Shown here: piece by piece, positions 52,278 to 64,000 of the stretch | How the letters are laid out: the number at the start of each line of letters is the position of its first letter | How positions within the stretch are numbered: the first letter of the stretch is position 1 | NCBI GenBank assembly: GCA_051294905.1 | Contig: CM119371.1 | Location: forward strand, 12,402,001-12,466,000 | Source: Botryllus schlosseri | Lineage: Eukaryota | Length of the DNA: 64,000 nt | Direction of reading: 5' to 3' | Position numbers and translations under genes: made by a program | Notes under the pieces: model-generated | What the model saw: the letters and a program-made list of their open reading frames with translations, nothing else | Told to the model about the DNA's origin: nothing | Database searches by the model: none

Positions 52278-55200
52278 ATGAATATATTATTAAAATGTAT
52301 ATTAAAGGTCAACTATATCGACCGAAACAACTTTAGCTCATTCAGTAGAGTTTTACATGCTGATTTCAAAAATATACACCATACCTTCTAAAATTACGTA
52401 TTTTCTGAGATATCGAGCAGCGAAAGTCGCAAAATGCCACCACAGACAAAAACGGTAGTAAAATCAATGAAGCATGTCGATGACGTACTACCATGAGGAT
52501 TTCTGATGCTGCGGCTGTGGTGAATGTATTGAAGTGGGATAATGTCAACCTCTGAAGCTGTGGACTCAACAGATAGCTACACGGTGTCTAGTAAATCTGA
52601 TTCCGACACTATTGAGGAATTCCCGTATATAGGTAATCCATTGAATGGTATATACAATCAGGCATTACTGGACGACGAAAGTACCGTACTGTTTGGTCAA
52701 ATGATTGGACTTGCGCGTCTAAAACAATTAGTGTAACGCATGCATGTAAGATTGTGCGGTATGCTGACGATCTAAGCTTGAAGACCGATGCATATAACTA
52801 ATACATATTGGCTTTTCAGAGACGCTAGACCTGACTAGATTCACTCATAGGAATTCAGCTCCGCCGCATGCACTGGATCCTAAGTATTCCGACGTCGCTG
52901 ATCTGTTCTCACAGACTGCTACTTCCACTTTATCTTTGTATGTAATAAAATGGCTTTACTCGAAAGCTTTTATTGGATTCTAATACATACAGAAAAGTCG
53001 AAAGCTTTTATTGGGTTTTAATAAATACAGAATGGCGAAAATTATAATATCATAGAAGGAAATTATCTCAATAAATCTCTGTGAATAAGTGATATTCCCA
53101 GGATTCTTCGGCGAATTTTCTTTTTTTGATGTTATGCTCCAGCATGATGCCCTCGACCAGGATTGTCAATGTTTCTGAAATAATAATTTACAGCAGAAAT
53201 TCAATGATATACACTCACTAACACTCCATTTACTTTATTTCTATTGTAACACCGGTTCAATATCTATGTGAAAGCCAGCAGCAGGACAAGAGTTTTTTAT
53301 GTAAGCCTAGATCAGGGGTGGTTGTTTGAAGTTACAAAACTCTGAATTTGTTGGGAAAAGTGAGGTTGAAGTAATAATTACCTACCGTGACACGGCATCG
53401 TCGTGATGTATGGCTTGATCTCGTTGCAACCTTGCACGTGCAGCAGCAAGGGGAGTGGTTCTGGCCACACCTCGTGGTCAACTGGTCAATGATTGAATGA
53501 CAGATGTGCCTCCAGACGTCGTTCTTCACCATTGTACAGCATCCTTTGCGGTAGAGAAAGTGTGATGGCAAAGTGATCCTACTCCGACTACAGCAGCTTA
53601 CTGAAAAACACTGTACAGTGTACATCGGTGAGCACAGCAGCCTTCCTTATCTTGGGCTGCAAAAGGGTCTTTCCGGACTTGCTTTTCTTCCGCTCTCCGC
53701 ATCTGTTTTCATTGAAGTGCGGGGCAGCTAGCCGTCCTCGTGCTTACCGAGGTGGCGTTTCCATGGGATCAATACATGAGATGGAAACAGAACTGCTTGC
53801 CTTGCACGTTGGCTTCTGTACTTCCTCTATACACAAGCCATCGCAAATTATAAGAACCTAAAGTACCATAAAATGAAGATTGAATAGTCCAGTCGGGCAT
53901 CACGAATCAAAACAACGCAGCATAATGTAATTTAGGCGAAGACAACAACCAACGATTGACTTAAGCATCCCATTCAGTGTATCGGCATTCCCATGTATCG
54001 GCAAAATCCTCATGGTAGTACGTCATCGACACGGTTGCTGATTTTACAGCCGTTTCTCAGAGGTCGGCAGTTTGCACTGCGATATCTCAGAAAATACGTA
54101 ATTTTAGAAGTTAGGATGTATATTATTGGACAGAAAATACGTAATTTTAGAAGTTAGGATGTATATTATTGGAATCAGCATAAAAAACTCTACAAAATGA
54201 GCCAAAGTTGTTTTGGTCGATATAGTTGACCTTTAAAGTTCTGTACCCCAAAGAGTCTCTTCAAATACTTCCGAAAACGGTAAAACAAGCAGCAGCTAAA
54301 TACCATCAATACGCTGATAAAGAGTCGGGGAAGATTGAGAACAGCTTTATCTACAACAGCCTTTCTGAAGGCTTGCATCGCCAAAAAGACGTTACCGAAG
54401 TTTATCAAAGGTAGGATAGAGAGGTCTCGAGCACGCCTCACCCCAAATATTGAGCGTGCATTTATATATGATGAAATCGACAAGAACAACAAGTTGCTTG
54501 CTACCTTACATCGTATATGTCGGTCACTACAGAAAGAAATTCGTGGATTTCTGTCATTCTTTGATTTGATTCGGTTCACCCGGTACGTGGCATCTATAGA
54601 TACCATAAAGGAAAAAGAGAACTTGGCTAAGAATGATCGCAACTTGAGCCGTCTTATTACCCAACGCTTTGGTAACAATGCTAGTCCTGACGGGAAAAAT
54701 ATTGTTAACTTATCGGACTACAAGCTCACGCCCACTGAAGAGTTCGTACTGTCTCATGGTCTCAACTTTTGTTTACCACCTACTACCATAAAAAGTGAAG
54801 AGGTATTCGCAGAATTTGAAGTGCTAATGGCTCAACTATATCATCGCAAGGCGAACTCCGCTGATAATTTGCCTGCCCTCAAAGCAAGATTGAGTGATTT
54901 GGCACATGCCTATTGTGGATATCCTATTGACTCGGAAAATTTTTTAATGACGAAGGAATGTTCTCGTGCAATAAAAGCATTGCGACAGAATCCAGACATT
55001 CACATTAGCAAACCGGATAAGGGCTCTGGGGTTGTAATCCTAAACAAACGGGACTACATACTCAAAATGGAAGCAATCTTGGGTGACCAATCAAAATTCA
55101 AGACACTTGGTCCCGCTGCTGAATTCGATAACATCGCCAAGATCGAAAGACGGATACAGCGCCGACTATTCAGCCTCAAGAAAAACGGCTCCATATCACC

Positions 55201-56754
55201 TGAGGTCTATGCCTCCATCAGACCGGTCGGGGCACAGAGGCCACGTATGTACGGACTGCCGAAAACTCATAAAACCAACGTACCTGTTCGACCAATTCTT
55301 TCTATGATTGGATCGGCGCAGCACAAGCTCGCGAAGTGGCTTATCGGTATTTTGGAGCCAGTGCGTTCCATGTATGATTCGCATTGCGTCGCTGATTCGT
55401 TTACATTCGCGCACGAGATGAAAACAACCGACCTTTCAAACTCGAATATGTTTCTCTGTTCATATGATATCGTTAGCCTCTTCACGAACGTGCCGCTGAA
55501 GGAGACCATTGATATCTGTGCGGACGCGCTCAATGGTGGTGGTGATTTAGCACCACCTTCCTTTTCGCGTAAAGTGTTCGTTGAACTTCTCAATGCGGCT
55601 GCTTGCTCTGTTGAGTTTAGTTTTAACGATACCATCTACATGCAAACCGACGGTGTAGCTATGGGTAGCCCTCTTGGCCCGATTTTAGCCAATATATTTG
55701 TGGGATTCCATGAAAATAGACTTTTCGCGACAGATGAAACCAAGGCTCCATTCTTGTACCGTCGCTATGTCGACGACACTTTCGTTATCTGTCAAAATGA
55801 GACGGAGTTCGATGACTTTTTTGATAACTTGAATTCTCTACACTCGTCTTTAAAATTCACATTTGAAAAAGAGCGTGCTAACTCGTTACCATTCGTAGAC
55901 GTTCTAGTAGAAAAACGGGGTATTAGCTTTGTCACTTCGATTTACAGGAAGCCAACGTTTACAGGGCATTATATACGCTGGAATTCTTTTAGCCCGAATC
56001 GCCGTAAACTAAATTTGATTGGCACGTTGGTGCACAGAGCCTTGATGATTTGTTCGGAGGAAAAATTAAACGCGGAGCTAGAATATATCCGCAAAATTCT
56101 AATCGATAACGGGTACCCCGAACACATCATCAAGAGTTCTGTTGACAGAAAACTCGGGAATTTCGATCCCAACAAGTCACAAAACACGAACACACGATCT
56201 GAGGAAAATGTATATATACATTTACCGTGGCTGGGCCCAATCTCTTCCCGGTTTGAAAAGCAATTGATTTCTGCTGTAAATCGTTGTTACGATAACGTAA
56301 AAACTAATGTTGTGTTTACCACCAAACAATTGCTTCCTGCAACGCGAAAAGATGTTCTACCTGCTTCTCAACAAAGCAATATAGTCTATGATTTCAAGTG
56401 CCACTGTGATTGTCGGTACGTGGGAAGAACAACTCAGCGCTTGCAGGAACGCATCAAACAACATGTTCCGAGCGTTATTAGATCACGCACACTGGACTCT
56501 CGCGAAGACGCAGCCGTAACTGATCTGCGATTACTAGAACGTAATCAGGCCATGGCTATGAACTCTGCCATCGGCAAGCATTTGGCTGAGAATGCAACTT
56601 GCGCTAAAAACTATTGCGATGAAAGATTTTCTATATTAGGTAGAGGCCGCACTAATTTCCATCTGTCTGCACTGGAATCGACTTATATTAAAATCCACCG
56701 ACCGCGCTTGTGTCAGCAGAAGGAATTTTAGTGAATCTGAAAATTGGCCACTAG
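52278..56754 (+). pseudogene. Second Penelope ORF, disrupted
   Basis: ATG at 52278; Kolobok insertion 52306-54232; TAC>TAA stop at 54281-54283; 1-bp deletion near 56727 truncates the C-terminus; otherwise near-identical to copy 1. Confidence 0.92.
52306..54232 (-). mobile_element. Kolobok-type DNA transposon, internally deleted
   Basis: TTAA TSD (52302-52305, 54233-54236); AGGTCAACTATATCGACC...GGTCGATATAGTTGACCT ends with ~200-bp imperfect TIRs; minus-strand remnant ARGRLAAPHFNENR (~53700-53743) resembles a transposase motif I associate with Kolobok elements. Confidence 0.8.
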
Positions 56755-56852
56755 CTGCGCTCGCGGTTTGCCTGTATTTCATGTTGTTTGTTTCTATGAC
56801 GTCATAATTGGTTGTATGCAATGTAGCTAGATGCATGTTTTTGAAATTCTCC

Positions 56853-56901
56853 ATTTGCTGACGATTGCCCTTGAAAAGTGTCAGCTCGAAAAGCTTCGGG
56901 T
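56853..56901 (+). ncRNA. Hammerhead-ribozyme-like motif in Penelope pLTR
   Basis: Identical motif in the 3' pLTR of copy 2. Confidence 0.45.
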
Positions 56902-59232
56902 TTTAATATGAATATATTATTAAAATGTATATTAAAGTTCTGTACCCCAAAGAGTCTCTTCAAATACTTTACCTTTTCACGACATTTTTGTAAGATGAAT
57001 ACTAATTTTATCGAAATATAAAATTTATGCTCTCAAGTAGGTTTTTGTCTACACGCACCAACAACTCAAGTATTTATGACACAGGAATGATTCATTAAGT
57101 ATAGCGCAAGCAGGCCAAACCTATAATTGAGTGCTCCAAAATGTACAAGTACTTCGCTATGTACTCCCTCCACGTAAAAAGTGACAGATTTAGGCAAAAG
57201 TTGCTATAGAACTGCGTTAGTTTTAAAGTTGTTCCATCATGCAATGTGTGATGAAATTTGGTATGCTGCATAATCACAATGCCCTGGAGCTCATTTAGAT
57301 ACGTTTTTTTAATGTAGTTACACATTCTAGTTGTTTTGATGTAAGGAAAAAATCATTCGATAACTCGATAGTTAACACGCGTTGATGTAACTTTCCTCAT
57401 TTGTATGCATAGCCTACGCGAAATTATTATTATGTCATGAATAAGTAGTTTACAAATTCATACGATTTTTCTTGTTGCGCTCCGGGATAAAATGTAATTT
57501 TTCGCTCTTTTTTATTTTTTCATTAAAATTAGTATTCATTTTACAAAAAACGTCGTGTAAAGATAAAGTACTTGTACATTTCGTAGTGCTCAAGTATAAG
57601 TTTTCAAACCATTACCTTGACAAAATTTTCAGAATAGCAACTTTTGCGTAAAGTCTGTCTTGCATTTAGTTGCCGGCTCTGAAAGCAAGCAAAGTTTGTG
57701 GTATTTGCGCAACATCGAAATTTGTACACTTCACGCGGGGCCTACGATACTTACGGCCTAATATGGCACTACACTTGCTGGATATAAGAGGCCAACACTC
57801 CCAACCAGACATCACGACTGACTCAATGATTGCTTGCGATCTCACTTCTCGATACCAGACGCCTCGCCATACCAGTCTAATAAAGTATTATAACAGACAA
57901 AATTACTTCTTTCAGATGAAACAACCCAATTAAGAGCCAAGTGACAGCGTCGCAATGTATTTAATCGTTCAGGTAGACTTGAATCGTGATCCGGATCTCG
58001 TAACATAGTAAAATCGAGGTATGTAGTTTAATTACTCACTCACTACTCTATATGTTGGTGGTGGTCATACCCTGCAAACTTTTTTGCTGCGAACGTAGTG
58101 TTTCACCTTACATCAGTTGGTTCAATGTATGTACCGGGTTGCGAAAACTGTCGCTGTTTTGACCATGTGTCATAATCAATACTAAATACGAGAATTCGTT
58201 ACTCGTCGAAACGCCGCAGTCAGACATCGTTAACAGCGATTCCGTGTATGGCAATCTTGAGTTCAATTGCGGTTTTGTGATGTTAACCAAGCGGCTATGT
58301 TTCTGCGGTGTGAAGACTGAATTCGTGTTGTTTCCCCACATGAGTGCGATGTCTATTTCACACCTAGAGCAATTATAAAACGCATCTTCGAAACTTTTGG
58401 TCTAGTTCATTCGCTTGCATTTCGAAACGGACCATCACGACAAGACTCTAACCCACCACATCCGTGGTTTCAGTTGATCATATCGAAGAATATCATGTCC
58501 ATTCGTGTTACCACCCACGGATTTCGCCATCCTCACACGGTAGTGCTAAGACACAGACAAGATGCGGTGGTGGAAATATTGAAAATGAGAAAGCAGACCT
58601 TGGTGTCATTTGATTTGGATTTTACACCCGATGAACCCACCATTCGTACTGCGCATTGGGATGAGGATTCTATCATTGATGTCGAGGGAAAGGAGATGTA
58701 CAGATTTGTTGGTCTCGTGAATATTCAACGAAAGTCGGGGTATATGCTTGTGCATGGTTCGCGTATTTGACTGTGAAGATATCGCTATACATAACGTGCT
58801 GTTCACCGTATCGATAGCACCAACGAATATCCGTGAAAGGGTTGTAATCTCGGTGAAATAGTGTGCGACACATTTTTCCACAATTCGAATGCATGTCGGT
58901 TCATACTAAGACCATGTTACGGTCAAATATGTGTGTTTTTCTGTCTCCAAGTCAGCTACCCCCACATTGAATGTACAGAGTCGGTACATGTATGAGACTT
59001 CAGAACATGAATTTGTAATCCATGATGCTTGTAATGCCGGCCATGATGTTATCCATGATGTATGTAATGTCACACACCTCGTTTACGCGAATACTTGGTA
59101 TCTATGAACAATCGTGAAGTATATACTGGATGTGTAATGTCTCGTTATTTTCATTGAAACACGGGGGTGTAACATGTTTGAATATTGTTCATTGGTTTGT
59201 CGCGATTCAGAGTTGATATCCGGATCCGGTTA

Positions 59233-62200
59233 AACAAATCTGTACATCTCCTTTCCCTCGACATCAATGATAGAATCCTCATCCCAATGCGCAGTACGAA
59301 TGGTGGGTTCATCGGGTGTAAAATCCAAATCAAATGACACCAAGATCTGCTTTCTCATTTTCAATATTTCCACCACCGCATCTTGTCTGTGTCTTAGCAC
59401 TACCGTGTGAGGATGGCGAAATCCGTGGGTGGTAACACGAATGGACATGATATTCTTCGATATGATCAACTGAAACCACGGATGTGGTGGGTTAGAGTCT
59501 TGTCGTGATGGTCCGTTTCGAAATGCAAGCGGATGAACTAGACCAAAAGTTTCGAAGATGCGTTTTATAATTGCTCTAGGTGTGAAATAGACATCGCACT
59601 CTTGTGGGGAAACAACACGAATTCAGTCTTCACACCGCAGAAACATAGCCGCTTGGTTAACATCACAAAACCGCAATTGAACTCAAGATTGCCATACACG
59701 GAATCGCTGTTAACGATGTCTGACTGCGGCGTTTCGACGAGTAACGAATTCTCGTATTTAGTATTGATTATGACACATAGTCAAAACAGCGACAGTTTTC
59801 GCAACCCGGTACATACATTGAACCAACTGATGTAAGGTGAAACACTACGTTCGCAGCAAAAAAGTTTGCAGGGTATGACCACCACCAACATATAGAGTAG
59901 TGAGTGAGTAATTAAACTACATACCTCGATTTTACTATGTTACGAGATCCGGATCACGATTCAAGTCTACCTGAACGATTAAATACATTGCGACGCTGTC
60001 ACTTGGCTCTTAATTGGGTTGTTTCATCTGAAAGAAGTAATTTTGTCTGTTATAATACTTTATTAGACTGGTATGGCGAGGCGTCTGGTATCGAGAAGTG
60101 AGATCGCAAGCAATCATTGAGTCAGTCGTGATGTCTGGTTGGGAGTGTTGGCCTCTTATATCCAGCAAGTGTAATGTGCCATATTAGGCCGTAAGTATCG
60201 TAGGCCCCGCGTGAAGTGTACAAATTTCGATGTTGCGCAAATACCACAAACTTTGCTTGCTTTCAGAGCCGGCAACTAAATGCAAGACAGACTTTACGCA
60301 AAAGTTGCTATTCTGAAAATTTTGTCAAGGTAATGGTTTGAAAACTTATACTTGAGCACTACGAAATGTACAAGTACTTTATCTTTACACGACGTTTTTT
60401 TGTAAAATGAATACTAATTTTATTGAAAAAATAAAAAAGAGCGAAAAATTACATTTTATTCCGGAGCGCAACAAGAGAAATCGTATGAATTTGTAAACTA
60501 CTTATTCATGACATAATAATAATTTCGCGTAGGCTATGCATACAAATGAGGAAAGTTACATCAACGCGTGTTAACTATCGAGTTATCGAATGATTTTTTC
60601 CTTACATCAAAACAACTAGAATGTGTAACTACATTAAAAAAACGTATCTAAATGAGCTCCAGGGCATTGTGATTATGCAGCATACCAAATTTCATCACAC
60701 ATTGCATGATGGAACAACTTTAAAACTAACGCAGTTCTATAGCAACTTTTGCCTAAATCTGTCACTTTTTACGTGGAGGGAGTACATAGCGAAGTACTTG
60801 TACATTTTGGAGCACTCAATTATAGGTTTGGCCTGCTTGCGCTATACTTAATGAATCATTCCTGTGTCATAAATACTTGAGTTGTTGGTGCGTGTAGACA
60901 AAAACCTACTTGAGAGCATAAATTTTATATTTCGATAAAATTAGTATTCATCTTACAAAAATGTCGTGAAAAGGTAAAGTACTTGCACATTTCGGAGTAC
61001 TCAAGTATAGGTTTTGTCATCTTATTATATGCTCAGTATATTATATGTCAAGAATTGTGGAGCATTTATGTGGGTCTCCAGGGTGCTCTTCATTGAGTGT
61101 CCGTGTTGAGCGATAAGTTTAATTCGCAAAATTAGTGTGTTCAAATCAGGCCTGTCGCCAGCATAGTGATGTCGCATAAGCCCTAAATACACATAATAGA
61201 ATATCAAGGAAAAGTATCATCTAACGTATAATGACTGTTATTTATTTCTCGGAAGCAAGTTATTATCAAAACATAGTGGTCAAAATTATCGCAAAGCAAT
61301 GCCGATTTTGCGTAAATTCCGTTATGCGTCCGACTATGTTACTAGGGATTTTGTAGTTAGTTAGGAAATTAGGAGTCCTATCTTCCCAATCGGTATGGAA
61401 CAACATCAAAATCATCACAAAGCAATATCGAATTTTGCATGCATTCTGTTATGCGTTTTACTACGGTAGTATGCGCATCTGCATACAGGTGTCCAGACGT
61501 GAACTTTCTACTATATTCGCTCCGAACATTATAGCAGCACCCGACGCAGCTTACATTATTATGTTATAAGACGCCGGCGGCGTTTCACTGTCGGTTTAAT
61601 CACCCTTATTCTAGTGACATGAAAAGGACTGAATCGTATGAAATGTGGTCACTACAAGAATCGAGCGAAAGCGCTGTTTCACGCCGTCTTGCATCGGTCA
61701 CGATTAGTTTTACTTTTCAACTAACTTGTTGTCTGTCGTTATATTCATTAGACTCGATTTCATGCGGCTAATTTGTCCTTATCATTATAACGTCGGTGAT
61801 CGCGTACCTGCGGCGAAGGTGTTCGTTTAATTATAACAACGAGAAAATCGGGCTTCATAATTGTGCGGGGGATCCCATTGTTGAATTTGAATTGATCAGC
61901 GTGTCGCTGTACATGATGCACTATAGCGAAAGCATTATTGCTGGTTGAATATTATCGAATGGTTGTCTATAATGTTAGTTGCATACAAGAATCTCGGAGA
62001 TCTAAGCTCGAGATTTACGTACTCATGCTTGATTTGTTTCCATAGCCTCGACCTTGGGAATCGCTTGTATGCGTCCAAAGAAAATAAGTCGTGAAATGTG
62101 GAAACTGTAGAAACCGTTAGCAATCGCGTACCTGCCGCGAAAAGTTTGTTTAATTGTAACGCCGAGCATTGTGCGCCTACGGCTAGTCAGTTGGCGTTTA

Positions 62201-62826
62201 GCGCTGATTAAATTATCCTTATACTCGACATGCAAAGTAAATTTGCAGGTATTGGAATGAATTCAGTTGTAGTGTGCGCTCATATTAGGTCTTGAAATGC
62301 GGAGACCTCGGCAATCGAAACCGCGATCTGTCTGCGCTCAAAATCGCATTTTATATGAATTAATTAATTAGTGATGATGTGTAGAATATTGATATATCAT
62401 CATAGAACCCCGCGCCTAGTTCAACGTTGATGAGTGTTATCTGTGAATATCTGGCAAATATAGTATTCTATTGACATCATAGTTTTCGAAATTTATGTGT
62501 AATCGGAATGTTATTTATATCCAAAAAAGTAAGTTATTACATTAATATTTTCAAGTCGCAGCGCTTAAAATCGCATTTTATATTAATTAATTAGTGATGA
62601 TACATTTCAAGTTATTCAATACATATTGCTAAATATACATGGAAAACCGGTATTGAAATTCACAAAACAATGAAATTTGCTCATAAATACACACGATGTG
62701 GCAGTGGCAGGTGACGTGGCAATGGGCATCCTGTAGGCGTGACAATGGGCGTCATATAGGCGTGGCAATTAGGATGACGTGGCCTTCTGTGATTGGCCGG
62801 TCTATAACCCAGCTATGTCTACTACT
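59233..62826 (-). repeat. Right inverted arm of element 2 (uninterrupted)
   Basis: Shows the empty Penelope target AAAAGGTAAAGTA near 60969-60981. Confidence 0.93.
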
Positions 62827-63061
62827 GGCCAGTATGCTAGATTTTGGCTAATACCAGCGTCTGCACCATCGCGTCATATATAAATGTTCTTACCGACACT
62901 TAACGATACTTCTTATGATACTCAAGTAATCCCTGATATCGAGAAACATCGAAAGGCGCATCAGTTTCTCTAGTGATCGGCACCTGGTTCTCAATGTGTA
63001 TTGAATTTGAAATACTAATTTTTGATGCATCATTCAAGTATACATTTTGTCATATTTATAG

Positions 63062-63214
63062 GGTCCGCCGCCTCAGCCGAAGAAGGAAATACTGAACAAA
63101 CTATCTCGAATGCAACAATCAATGTTATAGGTGGGAATCAGATTCATGGAACCGCATCCAATATTGAGCAGACGCCTACGGATGGAAATTTAAGGATCCC
63201 TTATAGCGGGGAAA
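63062..63214 (+). CDS. Candidate host internal exon (phase 1-1), RHIM-like motif 1
   Basis: Acceptor TTTATAG, donor GTATGT, 153 bp open: SAASAEEGNTEQTISNATINVIGGNQIHGTASNIEQTPTDGNLRIPYSGE. Confidence 0.65.
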
Positions 63215-63549
63215 GTATGTTCACAGCAGTGTATCCTCAATTGTGGCGCGGCTACTAGAGATGGTTCGTGGATATATAAGCGTTCATGATTGATTATTGG
63301 CTGCTTTTGGGGTTATGGTTGAGAATGAGGCTAGCTTGGTCGCTGCGAAACTGCCACGAGCCGGAATATCGAGAATTATCAGATATGACTGAAACGTAGA
63401 AGGCAGTGATATCATTACGGTTGGTCCATTAAAAATCATTTTCAATCCCCAGGATGCAGATCCATCAACAATCACAACGTAGACTTACACGCTGGTATAA
63501 AGCAAAAGGGAAGGAATTGTTTAAACTGATATATAATACTTGTTTAAAG

Positions 63550-63657
63550 GTAGAGCCGCATTAGCAGTTGGCGACCACGTGAAGCTGCATTTCGTCAACG
63601 CAAACATTAATGTGATTGGAGGAAATCAGTATAATAATAAATTTTACCAGAGGTCAG
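63550..63657 (+). CDS. Candidate host internal exon (phase 1-1), RHIM-like motif 2
   Basis: Acceptor TGTTTAAAG, donor CAG/GTATGT, 108 bp open: RAALAVGDHVKLHFVNANINVIGGNQYNNKFYQRS. Confidence 0.65.
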
Positions 63658-63891
63658 GTATGTGATACGATATTATGTTACGTCATATCGATGATAACAG
63701 AAATATCTTTATAACTTAGAATTGTGTTCTATATTAGATCGCAGATTGAATGGCAATGCAAATGAAAAGATTTTTGCACGTTTGGCCGAACAACTCGGAA
63801 TTTTATAGCATTATGTTGTGATTTATTATGAAATATCCGGTATAAACGAATCGATATCTCAAACGTAATGATGCCGTCTGTGTTTATTCAG

Positions 63892-64000
63892 ACTCAGATG
63901 AAAATACAGAAGCTGATCATATCGCCGGAGGTGATGGACGCAACGAAACGAAAGTACCCGAAATTGTCCATTCCCCGGTATTCGATCCGAAACACAATTC
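63892..64000 (+). CDS. Candidate host exon (phase 1 start), running off the window
   Basis: Acceptor TGTTTATTCAG; in frame with the previous exons: DSDENTEADHIAGGDGRNETKVPEIVHSPVFDPKHN. Confidence 0.55.

Larger units (their letters stand above)
48746..56964. mobile_element. Divergent (5'-to-5') double Penelope-like element insertion
   Basis: Two partial-tandem copies of a 2700-bp unit joined at ~51955; flanked by duplicated TACTTTACCTTT (48734-48745, 56965-56976; partly microhomology with the element ends). Confidence 0.88.
46889..58710 (+). repeat. Left inverted arm of element 2, split by the Penelope complex (46889-48745 + 56977-58710)
   Basis: Joined pieces are the reverse complement of 59233-62826; mirrored ORFs 47480/62023, 57095/60621, 58108/59602. 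Confidence 0.93.
46889..62826. mobile_element. Giant palindromic non-autonomous Polinton/Maverick-like element 2 (15.9 kb; ~7.7 kb without the Penelope insert)
   Basis: Ends AGTAGTAGAC...GTCTACTACT; exact 6-bp TSD GGCCAG (46883-46888, 62827-62832); termini homologous to element 1; ~3.6-kb arms; 522-bp spacer 58711-59232. Confidence 0.85.

Noticed and set aside
52306..54232. Native Penelope intron, or a piggyBac element
   Set aside because: Long TIRs plus TTAA duplication show a DNA transposon; AGG...CCT ends fit Kolobok rather than the CC...GG ends of piggyBac.
49487..56854. Overlapping and antisense ORFs (e.g. 51002-51577, 50045-50413, 54190-54678)
   Set aside because: Shadow frames of the Penelope ORF with no recognisable motifs.
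2482..62826. Giant palindromes as sequencing/assembly fold-back artefacts
   Set aside because: Each has an exact 6-bp TSD, a unique spacer, arm-private substitutions and arm-specific insertions with their own TSDs.
2482..62826. Similar total sizes (15.6 and 15.9 kb) as evidence of a capsid packaging constraint
   Set aside because: Element 2 reaches that size only through a one-arm Penelope insertion that probably post-dates integration; its native size is ~7.7 kb.

Overview
Eukaryotic (AT-rich, probably invertebrate metazoan; species not determinable) genomic DNA made mostly of nested transposons. Two giant, essentially gene-less palindromic elements dominate it: 2482-18123 (arms ~5.8 kb) and 46889-62826 (arms ~3.6 kb). 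Both have 5'-AGTAGT...ACTACT-3' ends, exact 6-bp target-site duplications (GTCGTG; GGCCAG) and homologous termini, which are Polinton/Maverick hallmarks. Neither has an intact polymerase, integrase or capsid gene, so they resemble copy-back/foldback defective Polintons. Element 1 carries four tRNA-Leu(UAA)-derived copies and sits inside two hAT elements. One arm of element 2 holds an 8.2-kb divergent double Penelope-like retroelement (RT + GIY-YIG, hammerhead-like pLTR motifs), one copy of which is interrupted by a Kolobok-type TTAA transposon. The 18-47 kb interval is a patchwork of hAT MITEs and two tRNA-derived SINEs. The last kilobase contains three phase-compatible candidate host exons, two encoding a repeated RHIM-like motif. 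All calls were made by eye; no searches were run.
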